Source of the DNA: Candidatus Micrarchaeota archaeon
GTDB lineage: Archaea; Micrarchaeota; Micrarchaeia; Micrarchaeales; CABMGC01
DNA length: 64,000 nt
Direction: 5' to 3'
Assembly (NCBI GenBank): GCA_027371545.1
Contig: DAHXMW010000024.1
Span: forward strand, 3,139 to 67,138
Shown: in pieces, positions 17,301 to 26,390 of the stretch
Layout of the letters: every line of letters begins with the position of its first letter
How positions within the stretch are numbered: the first letter of the stretch is position 1
Made by a program: the position numbers and the translations under genes
The notes under the pieces: model-generated
Told to the model about the DNA's origin: nothing
The model's database searches: none
What the model saw: the letters and a program-made list of their open reading frames with translations, nothing else

Positions 17301-17637
17301 AAACGCAACCCTCTCAACCATACAGAACAATACGGTGGTCAACTCCACCACCAGATACTCGCCGATAAGCACGGCAGTTGGCATATCCGTATACAACATC
17401 ACGAGAAGCAGCATACTGAACAACCGCGTATCCGGCAACGCGACAATAGGGGTAAGGTTTTCAGGATCATCCATATTAAACACATTTACCAACAACACTG
17501 CATCTGGCACCGTGAGCGGCATAGCGTGTTACAATTCTTCTTCAGCAAGCAGCTCAGACTACGACTTCGGAGGAAACATCTGCAGCAACAACTCCTGCCA
17601 GTGGATGACCAAGTCGCCTCTCTGCAGGTATAGCTAA
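14338..17637 (+). CDS. Giant surface protein: P/Q-rich N-terminal tail, single TM helix, four parallel beta-helix (NosD/PbH1-like) modules
   Basis: TM helix LKLLIIPVIIILLAAGAYYYI at about aa 148-168. Four module heads (C-x2-I-x2-PG-x-Y ... N-V-x-L/F-x-C/G-x-GH) start near 14881, 15553, 16195 and 16939. Beta-helix-type repeats rich in N/S/G/Y and NxS/T sequons are dense throughout. Confidence 0.75.
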   Translation: MPVNPADNQNSSPDEPKIIIDEQSSEGDTTQEPPPPMPVSTPVPQQSPPSSTPVQQPAQQPNQQPNQQPQQNPQPQKQPASQPQQEPPKKPPPEPTQKQPVQKEEVPEEPQPPKEEGIRQFEELSDMPTERERSGGKLKLLIIPVIIILLAAGAYYYISKSNAHAQITTTIPVSKFSYISSCANITSPGTYIITGNITTSKQSGACIEIQSNNVKLEGDSHALVGDGPYIAKSPYTYGIAIVDSSNVSISKLNISKFSYDLYLSAVLGSSFSNITATNSTVSGAYVLNSKNNLLINDQVYSSGTSAGGLDLIGGGNNTVKESSLSHNAYYGLNLSSTGNKFLGDVFASNPVDLYCASEPSRFRYSNKFIGTQCSTNDFCNSAYCAVSNKQFNVSENISLSSSASTCGEIRAPGNYLVSQNLNLSSYINTSRGATGIACITIASPNVNLNCGGHTVSNSGYGIYAKNVYNFTITDCRFNNDSDGVYLADSLDFNVTNSAAYNSTVGLYAGLSDIGTIANSTFGNDFYGVYVSNSSNLVFNRINAKGNNYGIYNQKLSNTEFYYGNFSHNTKSDFYCSAVSYNSTTNHLSNAACGLTDCNWGKASCKYYTLPPVAAFPISACTSITTPGSYALTKNIITPGTCMSIDTNNVTFSCAGHILDGTGPGSGIYMNHRVGVSIENCSIEGFTFGINLTNSAAITLQDVTSNGTGVGIYASNVSSSLIENTTAYASKINGEVYNRLNSSIITGNGASFGAGNSTGIVFRNSSNNEISLNNASSNANSGFSFYNSTGNYVLNNTAFSNKGYDYFCSPDNSGLYAESGGINNGLTKHNCEWLAEVSPESQSQLCSAINTATHVSLSYDMYYPYGSKCYSITNINGSVANYSSINCNGHTVIATNGGVFAYSTVSNVKVENCYLKGFTSGIVLKGNNDQVLNNVLGTSNYSISVSGKGTSVLNNTIKHSIYGIYLSNASLSTVKDNLVGNTSYSISVSNATLSTIQNNTVVNSTTRYSPISTAVGISVYNITRSSILNNRVSGNATIGVRFSGSSILNTFTNNTASGTVSGIACYNSSSASSSDYDFGGNICSNNSCQWMTKSPLCRYS
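14431..14676 (+). repeat. Low-complexity P/Q-rich coding tract (imperfect QPNQQP-type repeats)
   Basis: Translation reads PVPQQSPPSSTPVQQPAQQPNQQPNQQPQQNPQPQKQPASQPQQEPPKKPPPEPTQKQP. The tract generates spurious ORFs in several frames on both strands. Confidence 0.8.
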
Positions 17638-17731
17638 ATCTGTAGGATTTTGGATAGCAGACAACTTACTCATATGTATTGGCGCAAGACGCGCGATAGC
17701 CAAAGCCAACATACGCATAATCCTGGAGTGC

Positions 17732-18646
17732 TCAGCCCCTTCCACTCCTTTTCAAAAGCAGCCCTACCGCGCCGAGTATTCCATTATACTGCCCAAGCAT
17801 TGATCTTGATATGTTCAATCCATTTGGAAACTTAAATCTGTAAGGTTCCATCATCTCGTTTGCATACTTGATTATTCTGCGCACGAAGCCAGGCTGGTTT
17901 TCCGCCACGCCGCCGCCTATCACTATCACGTCAGGGTCAATGAGGCACTGGGTTCCGGCAACTACCGATGCGGCGGTACGTGCTGCCTCCTCTATGATTG
18001 TATGGCAAGGTTCGCTGCCGCCTTTCGATAGCCTGAATGCTTCAGCAGTGCTAACATCTCTCCCAAGCGCCCTGCTTGCCAATTCTTCTATCCCTTTGCC
18101 GCTGAAGACTGATTCAATTGAGTTGCCCTTTCCATAAACCTCCAAAGGTCCAAATATTCCTGCAATGTTATGCCTGCCCTTCCAAAGGATGCCATCCTTC
18201 ACAATCCCCATCCCTGCCCCTGTAGATATTGTCATATACGCGACTGTTCCATAACCTCTGCCTGCACCATACATAAACTCCCCGTATGCGGGGGTGGTAA
18301 CGTCATCTCCGGCCAATGCAGGCACTCCGAACTCGTCTTCCATGAGCCTCTGTATACTCTTGCCGCATGCTTCTTTAATGGAGCTGTACTCTATTGCACC
18401 AGAAGCTGTGTCTACAATACCGACCCAGCATATCCCTATGCCTTCAACGTTGCAACCAGAATCGCTTATTACTTTATGCAACAGGCTCTTTGCGTCTCTT
18501 ATCGCATTGGCCCCGCCTTTGCTTAAATCCGTAGGTACTGCTGCCCTGCTAATAAATCTGCCACTATCAGTAACTACTGCGGCTGATGTCTTAGTCTTGC
18601 CTACGTCTATTCCTGCAAAAAAGTGCATCGGGGCGCCGCGCCTCAT
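17732..18646 (-). CDS. ROK family sugar kinase (glucokinase-like)
   Basis: FAGIDVGKTKTSAAVV (N-terminal ATPase phosphate-1 motif), ISTGAGMGIV and IVIGGGVAEN. There is a 4-bp ATGA overlap with the upstream gene. Confidence 0.8.
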   Translation of the reverse strand: MRRGAPMHFFAGIDVGKTKTSAAVVTDSGRFISRAAVPTDLSKGGANAIRDAKSLLHKVISDSGCNVEGIGICWVGIVDTASGAIEYSSIKEACGKSIQRLMEDEFGVPALAGDDVTTPAYGEFMYGAGRGYGTVAYMTISTGAGMGIVKDGILWKGRHNIAGIFGPLEVYGKGNSIESVFSGKGIEELASRALGRDVSTAEAFRLSKGGSEPCHTIIEEAARTAASVVAGTQCLIDPDVIVIGGGVAENQPGFVRRIIKYANEMMEPYRFKFPNGLNISRSMLGQYNGILGAVGLLLKRSGRG

Positions 18647-19689
18647 GCATCCGCACCAGTATCAAAGAGAAACGGCAATCCATTATAAACAAGTCGCCTG
18701 AAAATTGCTTTCCCTGGGTCGCGATCCCCTACGAGATCAGAGAAGTACTCTGTTCCTATGCGTGCGGAATCCAAAGCGGATACTCCATTGAAAGGAGATA
18801 CCCTCCCCGGGCCGTACTGAAACACCATGACATTTGGTCTGGAGCTTACGCTGCTCCTTATATAATCAGTGTTCTTCTCCCAGAAACCCATCTTAGCCCT
18901 GGCTTCGTGAAATGCGGAATATCTCAATGCTGATTCCTCTGTCCACTTCGCTATCTCTGATGCGCCGGGTTTCGATGTATAGAGCCTAACCGATTCCTCA
19001 AATGTCCTAGTGGGATAAAGCATGTAGAATATATTGTAAATATGCCTGAAGCCACCGCTCTTTCTCAGCTCCATATTCGCCCTCTCCCTCTCCAGCTCTG
19101 CCTCAAACTCGCTGTAATACTCTTTCCCTCCCAGAAACTTTTCCAGCGGTTCAACTCTAACTCTGGTAAGGCCAAAGTCCCTGATAAGACTCTTCGTGCG
19201 CTCTAACATCTGCTCCGAGGTGTCGTTGCCCGTGCGGAATATCGAGACGTCAAATGCCTTATTCTCAGCCGCTACTGTGATGCTTGTATCCTTGCCGGTA
19301 AGCGCCTCTGCTTTCTTGGCAAAAAAGTCAAGCCGGTTAAGGAACGCTATAGAAGATAAGTCTGGATTGCGGTACGGCGCTCTCAGCGCATTCTGCATCT
19401 TTCCTAAATAAGAGAGCATCAGGAAATGCATGCTCTCACGGTTCTTAAGCGACGCGAGAAGATCCTCATGTTTTCCATCATAAGAGGTGAAGCCTCCTGA
19501 AAATATCAAATCATCAAGGCTTCTAAAATTGCCGTCGAAGTAGCGTCGTGTGTCTTCCTCGAGAATCTCCCTTATCCTATCCCTGGATACCGGGCTATCC
19601 TCAAATACTATCTCCCTATCCAGCAATGATGCATCTATCGCATGCCTGCCTTCCGCTGCGGAAGTATTTGAAGTGGCTACGTTTTCCAT
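18643..19689 (-). CDS. Hypothetical protein (348 aa), no recognised family
   Basis: Long ORF, translationally coupled to the ROK kinase, with composition like the neighbouring genes. I recognise no motif. Confidence 0.5.
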   Translation of the reverse strand: MENVATSNTSAAEGRHAIDASLLDREIVFEDSPVSRDRIREILEEDTRRYFDGNFRSLDDLIFSGGFTSYDGKHEDLLASLKNRESMHFLMLSYLGKMQNALRAPYRNPDLSSIAFLNRLDFFAKKAEALTGKDTSITVAAENKAFDVSIFRTGNDTSEQMLERTKSLIRDFGLTRVRVEPLEKFLGGKEYYSEFEAELERERANMELRKSGGFRHIYNIFYMLYPTRTFEESVRLYTSKPGASEIAKWTEESALRYSAFHEARAKMGFWEKNTDYIRSSVSSRPNVMVFQYGPGRVSPFNGVSALDSARIGTEYFSDLVGDRDPGKAIFRRLVYNGLPFLFDTGADA

Positions 19690-19723
19690 GTCAGATACCC
19701 AAACTATATCTTACAATGCCTAT

Positions 19724-21130
19724 TTAATTATCTCTCTTCAGCCTCATAATCTCCTGCGATGGCATAACATCCGATATTACCTGCCTTACTGGCCTTACGT
19801 TCTTCAATTCCATTGCTGGTCCATCTATGGATTTCGGCACCATCTCCTGCACATCGCTTTCAGAAGGCGATTCGCCTTTTGGCCCAAGATAATAAGCCAT
19901 GAAGTTCCCGGCCTTGTCTCTTATCTCAGTGAGCTCTGCGCCACCCACCTTGCCCACTTCCTCAAGTAAGTCTGCTTCTGGAACTATCCTTATCTGGGGT
20001 CTGCTCCTCAGCCCTCCCTTAAATCCTATTACAGGAACTCCATGGCCTGTCTCGGTACCTAAAGAGGATGCACTAAGCTCGCCAGGCCTGCCTATCTTTG
20101 TCACATGCACTGCTATATCATTAGCATTTACGCTATCTGCCTGGTTGCATCCGCGCATACTTATTACGCTGCCATGCAGCTTGCGCATGGCTTCAGGGTC
20201 CCTTATCAATGCCTTATGGTCTCTATGCAAAGCCCTAATCCTAGAGTCCATAAGGGCTGTGAGAAGCGGCGCAGAAACTGCAGTAGCGTCGCCTGCCGCT
20301 TCATATAAAATCCTGCGCGTGCGCGATACTCTGTGGTGCTCGTGGTCATTGAGGTATATGCCGTGCAGGTCTAAAACCTTGTCATGGTCCAGTTCCTGGG
20401 ACACGAATACCACGGGAGTCTTCCATTCCCCGCCATCTTCCAGGAGCCTCATGAAAAGGCTTCTGAAGCCAGAGTTATCAAAGCTCCAGACCCCGCCTCC
20501 TATGCTCTTTGAGTAATCGTACATCGAAGCTGACTCATCAATCACAAGTATGCCTGCTGGTGCTTTTCCTGAGACCGCTCTCGCCGAGCTTATAAGCTTC
20601 TCTACCAGCACGGTCTCCATCACGTCGCCCAAGTCGGGGGTGTTAGTAAAACTTGCCCTAGGGCCTATCTTTGTCATTCCCCAGCTAAATTCTATAGCTG
20701 CACCTTCATAGACATTGCGCGTTGTTGTGAGCAGCCTCTCCCTGTCGCTGAAGTTAGCCCATGTGGACTGCCTGAAGTAGGCGCCGAAAGCGAGCGCCAG
20801 CAGCACAATTCCCGGATCCGATTCTGCGAGTTTCTCCGTAGTAATCCCATTGTCTTTCGAGAGCTTTGCTACGATTTCATGCAGCCTGGGAAGGCCCTCC
20901 TTCTCAAGCCTTTCATCATCTATCCCATTCCTCTCTAGGGTCTGTGCAAGGCTCTCCAAAGTTTTGCGAATCGGCCTGATCTCAAGTGCACGCTCGGGCA
21001 TTGATGAAGCATCACGTACTGCACGCTGCAGGTTAATCTCCACTTTCCTAATCCCCTGCCTCTCTACCTCCTTGCCTCCGGCGGGGAACTTCTCCATTGT
21101 TGCTCCTTTCATAGCATTCACTCTGCGCAT
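19724..21130 (-). CDS. Hypothetical protein (468 aa) with a possible vWA/MIDAS-like DxSxS motif
   Basis: GILVIDESASMYD resembles the start of a vWA domain (hydrophobic strand followed by DxSxS). The rest is unrecognised. Confidence 0.45.
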   Translation of the reverse strand: MRRVNAMKGATMEKFPAGGKEVERQGIRKVEINLQRAVRDASSMPERALEIRPIRKTLESLAQTLERNGIDDERLEKEGLPRLHEIVAKLSKDNGITTEKLAESDPGIVLLALAFGAYFRQSTWANFSDRERLLTTTRNVYEGAAIEFSWGMTKIGPRASFTNTPDLGDVMETVLVEKLISSARAVSGKAPAGILVIDESASMYDYSKSIGGGVWSFDNSGFRSLFMRLLEDGGEWKTPVVFVSQELDHDKVLDLHGIYLNDHEHHRVSRTRRILYEAAGDATAVSAPLLTALMDSRIRALHRDHKALIRDPEAMRKLHGSVISMRGCNQADSVNANDIAVHVTKIGRPGELSASSLGTETGHGVPVIGFKGGLRSRPQIRIVPEADLLEEVGKVGGAELTEIRDKAGNFMAYYLGPKGESPSESDVQEMVPKSIDGPAMELKNVRPVRQVISDVMPSQEIMRLKRDN

Positions 21131-21577
21131 CCGGCATTAGCCGTGCCGGCTTCGATGGCTTTTGATTTTGTTTTCATTCTAATACCAAATTATCGTTAGT
21201 ATCCTCTCCCGCACACGCAAGAGAAAAGAAAAAAAGACTGGAAGAGCATTATGCAGGAGCAAAGGCTTATGCGTTCCTTGCAAACCACAATACAAGGTAT
21301 CTAAAGTAGCCTATGAGTTGGGCGAAGCCCAGGAAAGTCATAATACCGTGTGTGGCCTGCATGCAAATCTTCAATCACAATATGCTGTACGTCATTCTTA
21401 AAGTTTTTCTACAAATGCGCTTTGTTGCAAAAGTCTTCGGTTTTGTTAAAAAGGCCAGTTAACCATCAAGATTCTGCAAATTCAGCTCCACGTCCAGAAA
21501 CGGCAAATGGCTTTTGCTTACGCATAAACCCTGCAAAAGAATAAAAACCAGTAAATGTATAATATTCGTGATTAATC

Positions 21578-21886
21578 ATGCCTTCAATAAACGTAAAGGA
21601 CGTGGTGCTCAAGCTCAAGGGATGCTCAGACCCTGAGATAGGGATAAACATAGTGGACCTTGGCCTTATACACAACATCAGGATAGACGAAAAAAACAAC
21701 ATAGAGGTGACGCTGACAATGACGAGCGCTATGTGCCCTGTAACAAGCGTCATACTCGCGGATGCGCAGCTCAGATTGGAGAAGCTTGAAGGAGTAGGGG
21801 AGGTAAATCTTAACCTGGTATGGGAGCCAGCATGGTGCCCTGAAATGATAAGCGATGAAGCGCGCATGAATATGCAGCTTCTCTAA
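21578..21886 (+). CDS. DUF59/MIP18-family Fe-S cluster assembly protein (SufT/PaaD-like)
   Basis: DPEIGINIVDLGLIHNI...VTLTMTSAMCPV...VNLNLVWEPAWxPEMISDEAR. Confidence 0.8.
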   Translation: MPSINVKDVVLKLKGCSDPEIGINIVDLGLIHNIRIDEKNNIEVTLTMTSAMCPVTSVILADAQLRLEKLEGVGEVNLNLVWEPAWCPEMISDEARMNMQLL

Positions 21887-21943
21887 CTTCTTGCGCCTCT
21901 TCCTAATAATCCTGGTATTATCCAAAGCGGCAGATTGCTCCTA

Positions 21944-22507
21944 TCAGCCATACTGTGATCCTTCGTCCGCTCTCTTGTACTCGTGCAGCTCCTTCTCCGA
22001 GAACCATATCCTTATCTCTGACTCGGCTATCGCCGCATTCTCCGAGACGTGCACTAGGTTCCTCACAGGCCTCTGCTTGCTGTCTGCAAGTGAATAGCTG
22101 TCGCTTGCATACATGCCTCTTATCGATGACGGATCCGCCTTCCTAGGTTCCGTACCGCCGGCTATCTTTCTTGAAACTTCTGCGGCTGAGTTGCCTTCAA
22201 GTACGAAAGCAACTATCGGGCCATCTGTAAGCCCTTTTATAAGCATCTGCCTTATCCGCATGCCTATCTCCCTCTCGGTCTCCTTTACCTCTATCCCCTT
22301 CTCCAGATAGGACTGCTTTGTCTTGAGGCCTACGGAGACAAGCCAGTTTTCATCATCTGTGTAATGCTTCTCTACCATCGACTTTGTGGGCTTGAGCATC
22401 TTCAGAGCAACGACTTTCAAGCCGCAATCCTCAAACCTAGCTATTATCCTGCCTACAAGCGCACGCTCGACTCCGTCAGGTTTTATTAGAACAAGTACCC
22501 TTTCCAT
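21944..22507 (-). CDS. ndk: Nucleoside diphosphate kinase (with internal insertions)
   Basis: MERVLVLIKPDGVERALVGRIIARFEDCGLKVVALKM, GTEPRKADPSSIRG and NLVHVSEN (active-site His). Start placed at the internal Met (ATG at 22507), not the ORF-track start at 22699. Confidence 0.85.
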   Translation of the reverse strand: MERVLVLIKPDGVERALVGRIIARFEDCGLKVVALKMLKPTKSMVEKHYTDDENWLVSVGLKTKQSYLEKGIEVKETEREIGMRIRQMLIKGLTDGPIVAFVLEGNSAAEVSRKIAGGTEPRKADPSSIRGMYASDSYSLADSKQRPVRNLVHVSENAAIAESEIRIWFSEKELHEYKRADEGSQYG

Positions 22508-22579
22508 AAACTCACTACATATAAATATCTTTAACAACCTTTTAAAATACTGTGCTAAAGCCGCTGCAGGTAGATTATC

Positions 22580-24340
22580 ATGATTCGCCAGCCAATAATA
22601 AGCGTCATGGGGCATGTCGACCATGGCAAGACTTCTCTTCTTGACAAGATACGCAACACCACGATGGTGAACAGGGAAGCAGGGAGAATAACGCAGCATA
22701 TCGGTGCCAGCGAGGTTCCGATAGACGTAGTAAATAAGATATGCGGGAAGCTGATGCGCAATGCTTCCGACATAAAGCTTCCAGGGCTACTCTTCATAGA
22801 CACTCCAGGGCACGAGGCCTTTACGAACCTGCGCAGGAGGGGCGGCTCCGTATCGGACCTGGCAATACTCGTCGTCGACATAACAAAGAACTTCGAACCA
22901 CAGACGTATGAGGCGGTAGAGATACTCAAGGAATACAAAACGCCCTTCATAGTCGCGGCAAACAAGATAGACCTTATAACAGGGTGGATACCTAACAATA
23001 CCTACTCTTTTCTCGAGTCATTATCAAAGCAGCACCCCGGCGTAATCGAGGCCGAAGAGGCAAGGATCTACGAGATAATAGGGAAATTAAGCGAGATAGG
23101 ATTCAGCAGCGAGAGGGCTGACAGGGTGACGGATTTTACCAAGGAAATATCAATAGTGCCTGTAAGCGCAAAGACCGGAGAAGGGCTTGCCGAGCTCCTC
23201 ATGTATGCTACAGGGATATCCCAAAAGTTCCTAGAGATGCGCCTTAATATAGAGATAAGCGGGCCTGGGAGGGGAAGCATCCTCGAGAAGAAGGAAGAGA
23301 AGGGCCTCGGCCTTACGCTTGACGTGATACTATACAACGGGTCGCTGAACGTAAATGATGTAGTGGCATTTGCCACTTCTTCCGGGGTTAAGACGTCAAA
23401 GATAAAGGCTCTCCTCAAGCCAAAGCCGCTGAATGACATACGTGAGGCGGCAAGCAAATTCTACTACGTAGAGCATGTCGATGCGGCTTCCGGGGTTAAG
23501 CTGTGCGGTTCAGGATTGGAGGACGCTCTTCCAGGGTCCCTTCTCATCTCTACTCAGTCGGAAGGATATGAATCTGAGATAAAGTCGGAGCTGAGCGAGG
23601 TATTCGGATCAGAGAAGGAAGGCGTGATACTCAAGGCAGATACCATAGGGAGCATAGAGGCGATATCACGTCTTCTCGGGAGCGAGGGCATACACATAAG
23701 CAAGAAGGAGATCGGCAAGGTTACAAAGAGGGACCTCGCAGATGCATTCTCAATGAAGTCTACCGATCCTTACGCTGCCATAATACTCGCCTTCAACGTT
23801 CCGGTTGAGGATGAGATAATGCAGGATGCTGCCTCAATGGCCGTGCCTCTTATAAGCAGCAACATAATATACAAGCTACTTGATGACTACAGGGAGTGGA
23901 AGCTCGCTGAGACAAAGAGGTCAAGGAGCGATGCGGAGAAACTGATAACCCTGCCGGGGCTTTTATCGGTGATGCCAAATCACTGTTTCAGGATATCCCA
24001 TCCAGCGGTATTCGGCGTCAGCGTCTCTGCAGGAAAGGTAAAGCCCGGGTATCAGCTGATGAACAAGTACGGCGAGATAGTGGGAAGAATAAAGGGCATG
24101 CAGAACAACGGGGTAAATATACCTGAGATAAAGGCTGGGGAAGAGGCTGCAGTCTCTATGGACGGCATAACGTTTGGCAGGCAGATAAAGGACTCAGATG
24201 AGCTCTACACCTTCATAAACGACGAAGAGGAGATGCTCATAAGGAACAAATACTCTGAACTTCTGGACGAGGGTTCCACATTGCTTCTAGACACAATCTC
24301 AAAAATAAAGCGCGAGTCAAAGGCCCGCAGGCACGATTAG
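22580..24340 (+). CDS. infB: Translation initiation factor aIF5B (IF-2)
   Basis: IRQPIISVMGHVDHGKTSLLDKIR (G1), FIDTPGHEAF (G3) and ANKIDL (G4). Length 586 aa. Confidence 0.9.
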   Translation: MIRQPIISVMGHVDHGKTSLLDKIRNTTMVNREAGRITQHIGASEVPIDVVNKICGKLMRNASDIKLPGLLFIDTPGHEAFTNLRRRGGSVSDLAILVVDITKNFEPQTYEAVEILKEYKTPFIVAANKIDLITGWIPNNTYSFLESLSKQHPGVIEAEEARIYEIIGKLSEIGFSSERADRVTDFTKEISIVPVSAKTGEGLAELLMYATGISQKFLEMRLNIEISGPGRGSILEKKEEKGLGLTLDVILYNGSLNVNDVVAFATSSGVKTSKIKALLKPKPLNDIREAASKFYYVEHVDAASGVKLCGSGLEDALPGSLLISTQSEGYESEIKSELSEVFGSEKEGVILKADTIGSIEAISRLLGSEGIHISKKEIGKVTKRDLADAFSMKSTDPYAAIILAFNVPVEDEIMQDAASMAVPLISSNIIYKLLDDYREWKLAETKRSRSDAEKLITLPGLLSVMPNHCFRISHPAVFGVSVSAGKVKPGYQLMNKYGEIVGRIKGMQNNGVNIPEIKAGEEAAVSMDGITFGRQIKDSDELYTFINDEEEMLIRNKYSELLDEGSTLLLDTISKIKRESKARRHD

Positions 24341-24347
24341 ATCCTGT

Positions 24348-25424
24348 TCATCTTGCCGCATCCTGCAGAATGCCTATGACATTCGATATGTCCTCTCCTG
24401 ATACGTCTCCCATGGTGCCTATCCTTATTGATTTTCCCTTTAGGCTGCCCATCCCTTCCGACACTACGTATCCCCCCTCCATCAGCCTGCTCATTACGGA
24501 TCTCGAGGTATGTCCCTGCGGAACCTCAAATGCCGTAACGGAGTTAGATAAAAACCTGCTATCTTTTACCACCCTTGCGTATCCGTGCTTCGGGAGTTCC
24601 GAGTAAAGCTCTGCTGCAAGCCTCATATGCTTGCCCATCCATTCGTCCATTCCCGCCTCAAGCATTATCCGCAGCGCTTCCCTCAATCCATAAAACAGGC
24701 TTACAGCAGGTGTCTGCGGTATATCGTATCCTTCGTTCATCTTCCTTGCATACAAGCCAAGGTCAAGATACCTGTTAACGTCCTCCGTGTGTCCTACTAT
24801 GCCCATTGCTTCCTCCGAGAGCCCCACGAGTGCGATACCAGGAGGTGCGGCCAGGCACTTCTGGCTGCATGTCGATACCGCATCAAAGCAGCCTGTGTCG
24901 AGCCTTATATCTTCCCCAAACATCGCAGAAGCTGCATCCACTATAACCTTCAACCCATGCTTCTTTGCGAACTTTCCAATAGCGCCGGAGCTCCTGTGGG
25001 CCATCCCGATGCTTGTTTCGGTGTAGACCATTGCAACGGCCCCGTACTTGCCTGATTCTATTGCTTCATATACTGCTGATTCTTCAACAGCAATGCCATC
25101 TGGTGCAGATATCCTTGTGGGATGCGCACCTCTCTTTGAGATGGAGTCGCCAAGCCTATTGCCAAACTCCCCGTGGCTTATCAGGAGCACATTCTCGCCG
25201 CGTCTCACCATGCTGTTTACCATTGCATCCACAGCGAGGGTCCCAGAGCCTGAGAGTATGCACACCGTTCCACCTGAAGTTCCATAAGCCTTTTTCAGCC
25301 CTTCCTCAATCTCGCCTACAATCCTGTGAAATCCTTCCTCCCTGTGGCTGACCATCTGTCCGGAGAGCGCCCTCAAAACCCTCGAATCAAGAGATACTGG
25401 TCCGGCTGTCAAAAGTTTCTCCAT
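24348..25424 (-). CDS. Class V aminotransferase (serine-pyruvate / phosphoserine aminotransferase-like)
   Basis: ILSGSGTLAVDAM, VYTETSIG and STCSQKCLAAPPG (PLP lysine). It sits directly downstream of the serA-like gene. Confidence 0.8.
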   Translation of the reverse strand: MEKLLTAGPVSLDSRVLRALSGQMVSHREEGFHRIVGEIEEGLKKAYGTSGGTVCILSGSGTLAVDAMVNSMVRRGENVLLISHGEFGNRLGDSISKRGAHPTRISAPDGIAVEESAVYEAIESGKYGAVAMVYTETSIGMAHRSSGAIGKFAKKHGLKVIVDAASAMFGEDIRLDTGCFDAVSTCSQKCLAAPPGIALVGLSEEAMGIVGHTEDVNRYLDLGLYARKMNEGYDIPQTPAVSLFYGLREALRIMLEAGMDEWMGKHMRLAAELYSELPKHGYARVVKDSRFLSNSVTAFEVPQGHTSRSVMSRLMEGGYVVSEGMGSLKGKSIRIGTMGDVSGEDISNVIGILQDAAR

Positions 25425-26390
25425 TCAAACACCCTCAATCTCCCCAAGCGCCACGACAAGCTTATCGGCAAGGTATTTTGCTATGCGTTCCTGCGCTTCT
25501 TTGGTATTTGCCCCTATATGCGGTGTTACTGCCACGTTGCGCAAGCCCAGCATTTTGATCTCGGTTTCATCCCTCGGCGGTTCGTTCCACATTACATCTG
25601 CACCGTAGAAGCCTATCTTCCCGCTCTCCAGCCCCCAATACACGGCCTTCATCTCTGTCGCGGCGCCCCTTGCCGTATTTATCAGTATAACGCCGTCTTT
25701 CATACTTTCCACTTCTTCGGTTCCTATGACCGGTACCCTGTTGACCTCCATGTTTACGTGCAGGCATACAATGTCCGATCTGCGGTATAGGGTACGGTGG
25801 TCGGTAAACTCAACTCCAAGTTCCCTTGCCTTCTCCCTGTAATCCTTAAGATCTGTAACGATCACCTCTGCACCAAAAGCTTTCAGCACCTGTGAGACTC
25901 TCGTTCCTATTCTCCCGAACCCTACGATTCCGACAGCCTTTCCTGCAAGCTCGCTTCCTAGGCTCTTGGCGAATTTTCCCGCCTTGACATCCTCTATACA
26001 GGCGTGCGTGCTTCTAAGTCCTGCAATAATCAAGTGGATAGTGAGCTCAACAACAGATTCGGTAGCCTCGCCAGGTGCGTTTATCACCCTTATTCCATGC
26101 TCTCTTGCAGCTTCCACATCTATATTCTCTATCCCAACTCCTGCCCTGCCTATTATTCTAAGCTTCTTACCCGCATCTATAATGCCTCTGTCTATAGGCA
26201 TACGCGTTCTTCCGAGTATCACATGATATTTATCTACAATTTCCAGTATCGCATCCCTGGACATGCCTGGAGAGTAGTTCACCGCGGCACCGTAATTCTC
26301 TAGCGCGTCGAGAATGTGCCTGTCTACCGTATCAACTACCAGAACATTCGGTTTTTCCATCCTTGCGTCTAATTGGGTTTTATATTGCAT
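25425..26390 (-). CDS. serA: D-3-phosphoglycerate dehydrogenase / D-2-hydroxyacid dehydrogenase family
   Basis: GIVGFGRIGTRV (NAD-binding GxGxxG) and INTARGA...TPHIGANT (catalytic His). The symbol is tentative. Confidence 0.7.
   Translation of the reverse strand: MQYKTQLDARMEKPNVLVVDTVDRHILDALENYGAAVNYSPGMSRDAILEIVDKYHVILGRTRMPIDRGIIDAGKKLRIIGRAGVGIENIDVEAAREHGIRVINAPGEATESVVELTIHLIIAGLRSTHACIEDVKAGKFAKSLGSELAGKAVGIVGFGRIGTRVSQVLKAFGAEVIVTDLKDYREKARELGVEFTDHRTLYRRSDIVCLHVNMEVNRVPVIGTEEVESMKDGVILINTARGAATEMKAVYWGLESGKIGFYGADVMWNEPPRDETEIKMLGLRNVAVTPHIGANTKEAQERIAKYLADKLVVALGEIEGV

Noticed and set aside
19899-20516. 205-aa plus-strand ORF
   Set aside because: It is antisense to the 468-aa minus-strand ORF, which is longer and sits in an operon with coupled downstream genes. 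The translation is S/L/P-rich.
21131-21577. 447-bp gene-free region with a GCCGGC-N9-GCCGGC hairpin at 21131-21151 and a 64-aa ORF (21350-21544)
   Set aside because: I found no recognisable RNA family motif, C/D box or tRNA-like structure by eye, and the short ORF has no features. It is left uncalled. RNA-seq would be needed.
22508-22699. 64-codon N-terminal extension of the ndk ORF
   Set aside because: The canonical NDK N-terminus (MERVLVLIKPDG) starts at the internal ATG at 22507. The extension also overlaps the infB start on the opposite strand.
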